Below are positions 36,077-45,246 of a DNA stretch of 64,000 nt, piece after piece; position 1 is the first letter of the stretch; every line of letters begins with the position of its first letter. The notes under the pieces are model-generated. The model was not told the DNA's origin. It saw nothing but the letters and a program-made list of their open reading frames with translations, and did no database searches. A program made the translations under genes and the position numbers. The stretch comes from a bacterium (GTDB lineage: Bacteria; Patescibacteriota; Gracilibacteria; UBA1369; GCA-2718715). Where the stretch lies: assembly GCA_018662325.1 (NCBI GenBank), contig JABJGM010000014.1, positions 8,237-72,236 on the forward strand, in the 5' to 3' direction.

Positions 36077-37765
36077 TTATTTTTTCATTAAACTTTGTAA
36101 TTCTTTCAATAATTCAATGTTATTTCTATTATCAACACTAGAAAGCTGTCTTTGTATTTCGGCAATTCTTTGCTTTTTATACTGATTAGATATTCTATTA
36201 AAACATTTTTCTATTTCGATTTTTAAATTTAATTTATCAAACTTTAATCCCTTAAGCTCTAGTTCCATGAGTCTTACCTTTAAAAAGTTAAAATCAATAT
36301 TATCAAAATTAAAATCATTAGTTTTAATTACATTGAAAAATTTTACATCTTTTAAATAATGAAAATTATCAATAATTAATTTTTTGTACTCAGAAATATT
36401 TTCCAAATCAGAATAAAGTAACAAAGCCAAATAATCCGCAAGTTTTAAATCAAATTTAGTAGATTTAACAATGTCAACTTCAACTTTTTGGTTTTTCTGA
36501 AAAGACTTAAATTTCGAAAGTAATTTTTCCTTAGGAAGATCTAACAAATCAGATATTTCTCTAATCCAAATTTCAGTGATAATTTCATCAGACAAAACAA
36601 ATAATATCTTAAAAACAGATTCAAGAAAATTTTGTAGGGACTTAGTATTATTTTGAGTTATTTTTTTTTCAGGTAAATACAAATTTTGATAAAAAGAAAT
36701 TAAATTTAGTGGCCTTTTTATAGCTTCAGTAAAAACACTAGGATTTTCATTAAAACAATCTGCAGGATCCTTGAATTCACCAAGATCCATAATATAAATT
36801 TGATCAGTAAACCTAGCTATAATCTCTGAAGTACTTGCAACCGCTCTTTTACCAGCTTTATCATTGTCTAAACAAAAAATAAATCTTTCAGCAAATCTAG
36901 ATAACAACTTAACTTGCCCCTCTGTTAAAGCAGTGCCACATACAGCTACTGTATTTTTAAATCCATTTTGATAACATGCAATTTGATCAAAATAACCTTC
37001 AACTAGAATAACTGTCTTAGTTTCTCTTACACGATCTTTAGCTTTATCAAAACCATATAAAGTTTGATTTTTCTTGTAAATAAATGTCTCTGGTGAGTTT
37101 AAATACTTTGCTTTTTGATTTTCCAATAATTTACGGCCACCAAAAGCAATCACATTTCCTCTTGAATCACTTATAGGAATCATTAAACGATCCTTGAATT
37201 TGCACTCCAGATAACCAGCTTTATGAGTAAAAGAGCCACTGTCAATCATATTTTGCTTTGTGAATCCTTTTTTAGTAAGTAAATCAACATAAACTTTCGA
37301 ATCCATATTGCAAAGGCCTAAATCAAATTCTTTAATTACAGAGTCTTTAATCCCCCTCTGTCTTAAGTAATTTAAATTTTCTGGAGACTTTGATAATTCT
37401 TTTTGAAAAATTTTAGATAAGAATTCTTGAAGTTCAAAAACACGATTTTTTTTCTCAATATCTTTTGAAGTTGGCATCTTCATGGTTTCAATATTCACAC
37501 CAGTTTTCAATGCTAAATCTTTAAGAGCCTCTTGAAAATTACAATTCTCTACCAACTGATAGAAAGTAAAAATATCACCTCCTTGATTGGTTGAAAAACA
37601 AAAAGCTATATCTTTTTGAGGCGAAACATAAAAGCTAGGGGTTTTTTCACTTGTAAAAGGACTTAAACCTTTAAAGTAAGCACCCGCTTTTTTTAACTGA
37701 ACATAATCTGAAACTAACTCTACAATTCCAAGCTTAGATTTAATTTCTTGAACTGGATCTACCAT
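36077..37765 (-). CDS. dnaG: DNA primase DnaG (zinc-binding motif degenerate)
   Basis: 562 aa. SPFTSEKTPSF...FCFSTNQGGD replaces CPFHxEKTPSF...CFGCG. TOPRIM EGYFD and DNDKAG are intact. Classical dnaG-rpoD linkage. Confidence 0.9.
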   Translation of the reverse strand: MVDPVQEIKSKLGIVELVSDYVQLKKAGAYFKGLSPFTSEKTPSFYVSPQKDIAFCFSTNQGGDIFTFYQLVENCNFQEALKDLALKTGVNIETMKMPTSKDIEKKNRVFELQEFLSKIFQKELSKSPENLNYLRQRGIKDSVIKEFDLGLCNMDSKVYVDLLTKKGFTKQNMIDSGSFTHKAGYLECKFKDRLMIPISDSRGNVIAFGGRKLLENQKAKYLNSPETFIYKKNQTLYGFDKAKDRVRETKTVILVEGYFDQIACYQNGFKNTVAVCGTALTEGQVKLLSRFAERFIFCLDNDKAGKRAVASTSEIIARFTDQIYIMDLGEFKDPADCFNENPSVFTEAIKRPLNLISFYQNLYLPEKKITQNNTKSLQNFLESVFKILFVLSDEIITEIWIREISDLLDLPKEKLLSKFKSFQKNQKVEVDIVKSTKFDLKLADYLALLLYSDLENISEYKKLIIDNFHYLKDVKFFNVIKTNDFNFDNIDFNFLKVRLMELELKGLKFDKLNLKIEIEKCFNRISNQYKKQRIAEIQRQLSSVDNRNNIELLKELQSLMKK

Positions 37766-37838
37766 ATAATAATTATTATTAACTTAAGACTAACAAATAT
37801 AGATTAATAAAAAAAGTTAAATAAAAATTAAAAACTTT

Positions 37839-38825
37839 TTAAACCTTTGATCTTCTCCAAACAAAATATATTAAATAAGTAAAAGAGACAAAAATCACAA
37901 TCAAACTAATCATTTTCAAATAAGTATTCCAAGCAAATATAGAAATCAATCCTAAAATAATTGAAACTAAAAAATAAATTAATGTAATGGTAGCTCTAGA
38001 AAAGTTAAGTTCTAAAAGCTTATGATGAAAATGATTCCTGTCACCAATAAAGGGTAATTTTTTATTGGAAAGCCTATAAAAAATAACAAACAAAGCATCA
38101 AGAATCGGAATCAAAAGGACAATTAACAAAGTAAACAACTTCCCACCAGCTACCATTGAAAAACATGCCAACAAGAATCCATAAAACATAGTACCTGAGT
38201 CTCCAACTAGAAATTTTGGGTTAGGACTAGGAAATTCAAACAAGAAGGCTAGGAAGCAAATTGCAGACATTAAAAAAGTCAAAACAATTAAATTAGATTG
38301 ATCTATTAAATGTAATTTAGGAACCAAAGATAAAATTCCTATCGTAAAAAAGGCAACACTTGAAACACCAGATGACAAACCTTCTACTCCATCTAAAAAA
38401 TTCATTACATTTGTAAGAAAAACAATCCAAAGAACCGAAACTAAAAAACCAAAACCACCAATAGATACTATTTCAAAATTAAGAGGATTTGTAACTTCAG
38501 TCAACTGAACTCCATTATAAACCACAAAACTAGCTAATAACAACTGAGATATCAATCTAATCAATGGATGTAAATTTAAAAAATCATCCACAAAAGCAAT
38601 TACAACAATTAAAAAAGATGCAATATAAATATAATAAAGACCAAGTATATCTACACCATAAAAATAACTAGCTATTAAAAAAATAAAGTATAATACTAAA
38701 CCAAAAGAATAAGGTACCGGTTTTCTTTTAAATCCATATTCCTTAGGCTTATCCAATAAATTAAATTTATTATAAATTATAAATCCAATATATAAAAAAA
38801 GACAACTTATCAATAAAAAATACAT
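37839..38825 (-). CDS. polyprenyl-phosphate sugar-1-phosphate transferase, GT4 family (MraY/WecA type)
   Basis: 328 aa, about 10 TM. NFLDGVEGL, VGDSGTMFYGF and DRNHFHHKLLE motifs (the last is more WecA-like than MraY-like). Confidence 0.8.
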   Translation of the reverse strand: MYFLLISCLFLYIGFIIYNKFNLLDKPKEYGFKRKPVPYSFGLVLYFIFLIASYFYGVDILGLYYIYIASFLIVVIAFVDDFLNLHPLIRLISQLLLASFVVYNGVQLTEVTNPLNFEIVSIGGFGFLVSVLWIVFLTNVMNFLDGVEGLSSGVSSVAFFTIGILSLVPKLHLIDQSNLIVLTFLMSAICFLAFLFEFPSPNPKFLVGDSGTMFYGFLLACFSMVAGGKLFTLLIVLLIPILDALFVIFYRLSNKKLPFIGDRNHFHHKLLELNFSRATITLIYFLVSIILGLISIFAWNTYLKMISLIVIFVSFTYLIYFVWRRSKV

Positions 38826-38826
38826 A

Positions 38827-39663
38827 CTAATTAATTAAAAATTTTTGTTTTTTAAAATCAAGCAAATTAACACTATAGTAAACTAAATTATCATCAAAGT
38901 AAGCAAAAATAAATTCATTATCACTATCCAACTTAGGAGCAATTCCATATTGCAACCTTTCAAATTCATCTAAAGAAATATCTACAAAATCAGCATCTGG
39001 AAAAACTTTTTTTAAATCATAATAAAGAATTTCTCCTCGATTAGAATCAAATATATTAAAAGGGCCAACAGAAATTCTATCCAAGGAATACATAAAAGCT
39101 TGCATATCTAAAAGTTTAGATATATCCCTTACTAAAGACCTAACATAAAAGCCTTCTCCACAAGAAATCTGCAATTTAAGAACAGGATTTTCAAAAGAAA
39201 GTATTTTATATTCATAAAAATTTACTAATTTTGGTTTTAAGTTTGTTTCAATTCCCTTTCTAGCTAAATCATAAGCTCGCTGACCATTAATCTTCTTAGC
39301 AGAAAAATCAGGAGGCAGTTGTTTATAAGATGGCATAATAGAAACCAAGTAATTTTCAATCTTCTGAATATCAATATCTAACTTATTAAAACTTAAAGAT
39401 TTCAAATCAACAAATTCAGCATCCAGAGAAGGACTAGATTCACCAAAGTAAATCTCCACTTCATAAATCTTTGGAAGCTTAGGAATAAATTCTATCAAAG
39501 GAGTTAATCCATTACTTGCAAAAGGTAAACAACCAGTAGCAAGAGGATCTAAAGTTCCCATATGACCAACTTTTTTTGTAGAAAGAGACTTCTTAACCTC
39601 AGATAAAGCTTTAAAAGAAGAAACTCCATAACCTTTATTTATCATCCCTAATTTGTGCTGCAT
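38827..39663 (-). CDS. truB: tRNA pseudouridine(55) synthase TruB
   Basis: 278 aa. Catalytic motif GHMGTLDPLATG and KINGQRAYDLAR. Confidence 0.85.
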   Translation of the reverse strand: MQHKLGMINKGYGVSSFKALSEVKKSLSTKKVGHMGTLDPLATGCLPFASNGLTPLIEFIPKLPKIYEVEIYFGESSPSLDAEFVDLKSLSFNKLDIDIQKIENYLVSIMPSYKQLPPDFSAKKINGQRAYDLARKGIETNLKPKLVNFYEYKILSFENPVLKLQISCGEGFYVRSLVRDISKLLDMQAFMYSLDRISVGPFNIFDSNRGEILYYDLKKVFPDADFVDISLDEFERLQYGIAPKLDSDNEFIFAYFDDNLVYYSVNLLDFKKQKFLIN

Positions 39664-39664
39664 A

Positions 39665-40918
39665 TTATAAATTTAAAAATTCCTTAACAACATTCATATC
39701 GGAATACTTAATTAATTTACCATTTACAGCCATCACCTCTTCCCCTGCTTTACCTAAAATTAAAATTAATGAATTTGAATCAGAAATCTCAAAGGCTTTT
39801 AAAATAGCTTTTTTTCTATCAACCTCAATAAAGCATTTATCTTTATTAAAGACACCCTCTGCAATTTGATTTGCAATCTCTATAGGGTCATCATCGTAAG
39901 GGTCATCAGAAGTTAAAATAATTTTGTTTGCATACAAATCAGCCACTCTACCCATCTTAGGTCTTTTGTAAACATCTCTACCACCACCAGTAGCACCAAA
40001 AACAACAGTTATGTCTTTTTCAAGTTGTACATGAAAAAATTTTAAAATATTTTCCATAGAATCATCACTATGCGCATAATCTAAAACAATCTCAAAATCT
40101 TTAGAAGTTACATAATCAAATCTACCTTTAACTGGACTTAAACTTGATACAACAGATAAAACATTTTCTTTAGAAAAACCTAAGTCTAAAAGTTGATAAT
40201 AAATTCCTAATAAATTATTTAAATTCAACTCAGATATAAGTTTAGATTTGATTTCTTCTCCAAATAATTCAAATTTAGTAAAACCAACTCCAAACTCAAC
40301 ATCTTTTAAATTACCAGCTTTCTCTAATGTATTTTTTCCATATACCAAAGCTTTCAAATCATCAGGTAATAAAGTATTACAATTTTCATTACAAAAGAAT
40401 TTAGACTTAGAATTCTGAAGAATATTTCTTATGATATTAAATTTAACTTCCCAATATTTTATTTTCGAACCATGATACTCTACATGATCTGCCATCAAAC
40501 TTGTTAAATTTATTTGTCTAAACTTAATACCTTTTAGCCTTTGCTGAACATAAGCATGAGATGAATACTCAAGTACAATGTATTTCACAGATGCTTTTTT
40601 ACAATCTTTTAAAAACTTTAGGAATATATTTATATCAAGAGTAGTCATTTTAGATTTGTTCGGATAAAGATTGTTATTAATTGCCATATTAACTGTAGAT
40701 ACCAAAGCAACTTTTTCACCTAAACCCAACAAAGATTGATACATTAAATTAGCACAAGAAGACTTACCATTAGTACCCGTATAGCCTATAAAAACAAATT
40801 CTTCAGTCAAACCATGAAATCTTAATTTTGAAATTATGTACTTTAAGTAAAAATACAACTGAAACAAAATTGAATCATGGTTTAAAAATAATTTAATGAA
40901 TTTTTTAATTTTACTCAT
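39665..40918 (-). CDS. Mur ligase family protein (MurE-like, lacking the usual N-terminal domain)
   Basis: 417 aa. P-loop GYTGTNGKSS sits at about residue 46, versus about 110 in MurC-F. DYAHSDDS, and TSDDPYDDDP resembling the MurE DNPR region. Confidence 0.7.
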   Translation of the reverse strand: MSKIKKFIKLFLNHDSILFQLYFYLKYIISKLRFHGLTEEFVFIGYTGTNGKSSCANLMYQSLLGLGEKVALVSTVNMAINNNLYPNKSKMTTLDINIFLKFLKDCKKASVKYIVLEYSSHAYVQQRLKGIKFRQINLTSLMADHVEYHGSKIKYWEVKFNIIRNILQNSKSKFFCNENCNTLLPDDLKALVYGKNTLEKAGNLKDVEFGVGFTKFELFGEEIKSKLISELNLNNLLGIYYQLLDLGFSKENVLSVVSSLSPVKGRFDYVTSKDFEIVLDYAHSDDSMENILKFFHVQLEKDITVVFGATGGGRDVYKRPKMGRVADLYANKIILTSDDPYDDDPIEIANQIAEGVFNKDKCFIEVDRKKAILKAFEISDSNSLILILGKAGEEVMAVNGKLIKYSDMNVVKEFLNL

Positions 40919-41273
40919 ACAAAGATCTTATTTGTAACAAATCTAGCTTAATTTGTTTTTGCAAATCTTTCAAGCTTGAAAACTTAAGCAATGATCTTAT
41001 AAAATCTAAAACTTCAAAATCTAAAGAATCTAAACTCAAAGAGAAATCATCGAAATTTAAAATATGAAACTCTAAAGAAACAATATTATCAACAGACTTT
41101 TTAGGACCATAATGCATAGCTGCTAACATTTTTTTTGAACCAATAAAAACATAAGCAGCATATACACCATAACTAATATCCATGTTTAACTTATCTAAAG
41201 AAAGATTAATAGTTGGGAATCCAATCTCTCTACCAAGCTGATTACCTTTTATAACTTTTGCATTATGTATCAC
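40911..41273 (-). CDS. stand-alone riboflavin kinase domain protein
   Basis: 120 aa. GNQLGREIGFPTINL (PTAN-type motif), LEFHILNF and FSSLKDLQKQIKLD. The GTG start overlaps the hpf TAG stop by 1 nt. Confidence 0.8.
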   Translation of the reverse strand: MIHNAKVIKGNQLGREIGFPTINLSLDKLNMDISYGVYAAYVFIGSKKMLAAMHYGPKKSVDNIVSLEFHILNFDDFSLSLDSLDFEVLDFIRSLLKFSSLKDLQKQIKLDLLQIRSLYE

Positions 41274-41902
41274 TAGAAAAAATCAGATAATTTATAGTTT
41301 AAAACACCAGATTTAGATTCTAACTCAACAAGTCCGTAACCTTTATTATTACGTCTTACATACATTAAATTATAACGATCTGTATCATTATTCACAAAAA
41401 CAAAAAAAGTATGATCCAACTCAAGCATAGCCTTAAGAGCTTCTAACGCTGACATTGGTATTAAATCAGAAAAAACTTTTCTTTTAGTAATTTTTTTAAG
41501 CAAATCTTTATCTGATTTTTCTGGAACATCATAAATTTCTTGCAACATTGGTGCTTTAATCTCAGATTTTTTTAACTTAGCATCTATTAATATTCTTTTT
41601 CTACCAGCATGTTTAGTTTTATACTTAGAAATCTGTTTAGACAACTTAGAGGCTAACTTTTTAACCGCAACTTCTAATTTAGGATCAGTACTTTCGGCTC
41701 TCATATCCAAACCAGGGATAATTAAAAGAGCAGATAAAACAAATGTATGTTTTAAACTTCCACTTCTTACTGAAACTTTAACAGACACAGATTCATCTGT
41801 AAGTTTACTACATTGATTTTCCAATGAACTCATCTGCATTTCAATATAATCTCGATGATGATTTGATAAATCAACTTGATTTGCAACAATTTGTATTTTC
41901 AT
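41273..41902 (-). CDS. hpf: ribosome hibernation promoting factor, long form
   Basis: 209 aa. S30AE/RaiA N-domain plus a C-terminal dimerisation domain (EALKAMLELDHTFFVFVNNDTDRYNLMYVRRNNKGYGLVE). Confidence 0.85.
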   Translation of the reverse strand: MKIQIVANQVDLSNHHRDYIEMQMSSLENQCSKLTDESVSVKVSVRSGSLKHTFVLSALLIIPGLDMRAESTDPKLEVAVKKLASKLSKQISKYKTKHAGRKRILIDAKLKKSEIKAPMLQEIYDVPEKSDKDLLKKITKRKVFSDLIPMSALEALKAMLELDHTFFVFVNNDTDRYNLMYVRRNNKGYGLVELESKSGVLNYKLSDFF

Positions 41903-41907
41903 AAAAT

Positions 41908-42567
41908 TTAGTTAAATCCACTTAATAATTCCTTAAACTTAGCAACCGGATCACTAGCTTTTGTTATTGCAGAAGCAACTAAAATACCATCAGCACCTAA
42001 ACTTAAAGATTTTTTAACATCCAATGATGTTTTGATACCAGCTCCGACTAAAACAGGAATTTCCAAAAATTCAGCCATTTCTTTGATTTCATGTGGATTA
42101 CTCGATGCAACTGAAATATTACCACCAATTAAATCCCTATCTTCAAAACAAATGAAAGTAGGTTCGTAAACGGTAAATTTTCTAGCCTCTTGTAGTGAAT
42201 CAACACACAAAAAACTTTGAAGATAATTTCTTTTACATGCCTCAATAGATTTTACAATTTCTTCATCAGATAAAAGTTTTTCAGAATGGTGAATCAAGGA
42301 ACCATCACAATCAGCAAGCATTAAACTTTCAGCAACAATCGAACCGGTAGATGGTCCAGGCATACCACCATCAACGTGTTGTGAGATCACAGCACAATCT
42401 AACTTTCTTGAATAAGAATCAATCACAACAGGATTTACAGCCAACACTAAGCTCACATGAGATTTCTTAGCAGCTTCATCTAATTTCAAAGCTAAGTCAA
42501 ACCCAGCTTTACCCAAAGTAGATGAATAATTTTTAAAATTAATTAGGAAAATTGGAGTTTTTATCAT
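41908..42567 (-). CDS. tpiA: triosephosphate isomerase, archaeal short type
   Basis: 219 aa. INFKNY (Lys), GSLIHHSE (His), CFEDRDLIG (Glu), GAGI..DV and ASAITKASDP. The length and motif order match the roughly 225-aa archaeal TIMs rather than the roughly 250-aa bacterial ones. Confidence 0.75.
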   Translation of the reverse strand: MIKTPIFLINFKNYSSTLGKAGFDLALKLDEAAKKSHVSLVLAVNPVVIDSYSRKLDCAVISQHVDGGMPGPSTGSIVAESLMLADCDGSLIHHSEKLLSDEEIVKSIEACKRNYLQSFLCVDSLQEARKFTVYEPTFICFEDRDLIGGNISVASSNPHEIKEMAEFLEIPVLVGAGIKTSLDVKKSLSLGADGILVASAITKASDPVAKFKELLSGFN

Positions 42568-42610
42568 ATATTTTAGACTAGTAATATCATTATATCAGTA
42601 AATATTTTTT

Positions 42611-43492
42611 ATGGAAATCATTCTAGTCCATGGAGACAATGAAAGCCAAATCAAGCAAGTTGTACTTCAATGGAAAGAGAACTTTAAAAAGAAATTTGAA
42701 AATTCTGAAATAGAAAGTCATGAAAATTTAAACTTTAAACAAATTTTAAATCTTGCTTTAAAAACAGATATGTTTGCAAGTAAAAAACTGATAATTATCA
42801 AAAACTCAATTTCAAACATAGCAAAAGAAAATTTCAATAAAATCTTTGAAATCGAAAGCCAAGATATTTTCTTGTTTGTAGAATATTCATCAGTAAGAAA
42901 AAATTTAAAAGTATTTAAAGAAATACAAAAAAATCATAAAACATACACTTACTTAATTAAAGATTTCGATTTAAAAAAACATATTCAACAAAAATTCAAA
43001 GAAAATAACAAAACAATCAACCCTCTAAACTTAAATCTATTAGCTAAAAAACTACAAAATCAAATTAACAACGCCAGCAATGAAATTCAAAAACTTTGCC
43101 TTTTAGATAGCCAAGAAGTTACCAAAAATGATATAGACCAGCATATAGTTGCAAACTTAGAAACTTCAATTTTCGAATTAACCAATAATCTATTCCAGAA
43201 TAAAACAAATTACTTACAAACTCTTAACAATTTAAAAAAAGAAAACATAGAAGAGATTTACCTTATTAACATGCTAATCTGGCAACTAAAAACACTCAGC
43301 CAAATCAAACTTAATGATACCAAAAGTTTAAATCCTTTTGTTGTAAGAAATAACTCTCAAATTGCAAAGCAAATTACAACAAATGATTTACATGATACTT
43401 TGAAAAAATTAATTGAAATCGAATATAAAATTAAAACAGGTAAAATAAAAACTAGGCAAGAAAGCTACCAATACCTTCAATACCTAGTCTGA
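42611..43492 (+). CDS. holA: DNA polymerase III delta subunit-like protein
   Basis: 293 aa. N-terminus IILVHGDNESQI and helical C-terminal domains typical of HolA. It is divergent. Confidence 0.5.
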   Translation: MEIILVHGDNESQIKQVVLQWKENFKKKFENSEIESHENLNFKQILNLALKTDMFASKKLIIIKNSISNIAKENFNKIFEIESQDIFLFVEYSSVRKNLKVFKEIQKNHKTYTYLIKDFDLKKHIQQKFKENNKTINPLNLNLLAKKLQNQINNASNEIQKLCLLDSQEVTKNDIDQHIVANLETSIFELTNNLFQNKTNYLQTLNNLKKENIEEIYLINMLIWQLKTLSQIKLNDTKSLNPFVVRNNSQIAKQITTNDLHDTLKKLIEIEYKIKTGKIKTRQESYQYLQYLV

Positions 43493-43507
43493 AATAAAAA
43501 TATAAAT

Positions 43508-45187
43508 TTATTTTCTTTGAGTTTTCACAACCCCTTTCTCAATTTGAGCATCAACTAATCTACCATCTAAGGTTAAATTTGGATAATCTCCAATGATTTT
43601 TGCAGGCTTAGTAAAATCTCGTACAACAAATGAAGATCTATCAGAATCATCAGAAATATCAAAGCATTGATTTAAAAAATTATTTTGAGTATTTAAAGAA
43701 TTTAACTCCGGATAAACATATATTCCATCTTCAAAAGTAACCATCATAAGTCCTGGAGTATATTTAACGCTAATTCCTTTTAGAATTGTAGACATCATAG
43801 ATCTAAAGTTTTCATCTTGTGAATTCTCTCTAATGAACTGAGTTAAATGGTTAGGTGTTAAATTAACTCTTCCTATTTGGTCTAAATTTTTTCCACCAAT
43901 TAAAACTTCTGATTCGCTAAATCTTCTAACATCAGCTACTTCAGTTTTTCCATTTTCATAAGATCCTTTTTGTTCTACACAATCAGAAACTCCTATCAAA
44001 TCTGATTGATTTCCTAGACCAAGTCCTGGAAATTCATTTCGATTCGTACTTGCAGTATAAACAGTTGGCTTTGCTACATTTGAAACTAAAAATGCAGATT
44101 TAGAACCTGTATTCTCAGCACTACCACTTGCATAATTTGTACCAAGCAACGGATATTCCCTTAGTTCTCCAGAAGCTGAATCTATCAAAACAAGTTTATT
44201 TTTTGAAATCACATAACTTTTTCCTTTTAATTCTTTTCTTAACGTATCTAATGAATTTGGATCCTTGAAATTCAATTCATTTATTACGGCAACTAAGTTG
44301 TCAACTTGTAGAAGAGCTTCAATTTCAGATCTAAAATCTTCAGTCATCGCTAAAGGCTCTTTTTTCAAAGAAACAACTCCTTTATCAATTTCAGCATCAA
44401 CCAATCTACCATCTAAGGTTAAGTTTGGATAATCTCCAGTAATTTTTGCAGGCTTTGAAAAATCTCTTATTACAAACGATGATTTTTCACTATCTTCAGA
44501 CAAAGTAAAAAATTGCCTTAAACTTGTAGCATGCGTTATATTTTGTGTATTGAAAGAGTTTAACTCAGGATAAACATATATTTCATCATCAAAAGTTACC
44601 ATCATAACCCCTGGAATATATTTAACATCCATTCCTTTTAAGATTGTAGACATCATAGATCTAAAGTTTTCATCCTGTGAATTCTCTCTAATGAACTGTG
44701 TTAAATGATTAGGTGTTAAATTAAACCTTCCTATTTGATCTAAAGTTTTACCGCCAATTACAACCTCGGATTCTTTAAATCTTCTAACATCTGCTACTTC
44801 AGTCACTCCTTTTTCATAAGATCCTTTTTGTTCTACACTAGCAGAAGCTCCAACCAAATCTGATTGATTTCCTAGACCAAGTCCTGGAAATTCACCTAGA
44901 TCAGTACTCGCATTATAAACTGTTGGCTTTTCTACACGCGAAACTAAAAATGCAGATTTAGAACCTGTATTCTGAGCCCTACCACTTGCATAATTTGTAC
45001 CAAGCAATGGATATTCTCTTAGATCTCCAGAATCTGAATCTATTAAAATAAGTTTATTTTTTGAGATCAAATAACGTTGTCCTTTTAATTCTTTTCTTAA
45101 CGCATCTAAAGAATTTGGATCTTTAAAATTCAATCCATTTATTATACCAACAAATTTGTCTATTTTTATTTGTTTTTCAATGTTCAT
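43508..45187 (-). CDS. hypothetical protein made of two tandem 286-residue repeats
   Basis: 559 aa. The halves align end to end (e.g. NFKDPNSLD.LRKELKG..Y.ISKNKL.LIDS.SG.LREYPLLGTNYASG). No signal peptide or known motif. It has its own consensus promoter. Confidence 0.7.
   Translation of the reverse strand: MNIEKQIKIDKFVGIINGLNFKDPNSLDALRKELKGQRYLISKNKLILIDSDSGDLREYPLLGTNYASGRAQNTGSKSAFLVSRVEKPTVYNASTDLGEFPGLGLGNQSDLVGASASVEQKGSYEKGVTEVADVRRFKESEVVIGGKTLDQIGRFNLTPNHLTQFIRENSQDENFRSMMSTILKGMDVKYIPGVMMVTFDDEIYVYPELNSFNTQNITHATSLRQFFTLSEDSEKSSFVIRDFSKPAKITGDYPNLTLDGRLVDAEIDKGVVSLKKEPLAMTEDFRSEIEALLQVDNLVAVINELNFKDPNSLDTLRKELKGKSYVISKNKLVLIDSASGELREYPLLGTNYASGSAENTGSKSAFLVSNVAKPTVYTASTNRNEFPGLGLGNQSDLIGVSDCVEQKGSYENGKTEVADVRRFSESEVLIGGKNLDQIGRVNLTPNHLTQFIRENSQDENFRSMMSTILKGISVKYTPGLMMVTFEDGIYVYPELNSLNTQNNFLNQCFDISDDSDRSSFVVRDFTKPAKIIGDYPNLTLDGRLVDAQIEKGVVKTQRK
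43508..45187 (-). repeat. in-frame internal tandem duplication, 858-nt offset
   Basis: For example, TAGACATCATAGATCTAAAGTTTTCATC occurs at 43789 and again at 44647. Identity is roughly 85-90% by eye over most of each half. Confidence 0.85.
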
Positions 45188-45211
45188 ATTTTATTGTTTT
45201 ACATTCAATAA

Positions 45212-45240
45212 ATTATAACATCAAACACGATAAAAGTCAA
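45212..45240 (-). promoter_or_regulatory. promoter of the 559-aa duplicated protein
   Basis: TTGACT-N17-TATAAT on the minus strand. ATG at 45187. Confidence 0.65.
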
Positions 45241-45246
45241 AGAAGA

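Noticed and set aside
43508-45187. The internal repeat pairs (also 29821-31053) as template/variable repeats of a diversity-generating retroelement.
   Set aside because: Mismatches between the copies are of all types (T/C, A/T, G/A, C/A), not adenine-specific. The repeats are about 860 nt rather than about 100-150 nt. No reverse transcriptase or accessory gene is present in the window.
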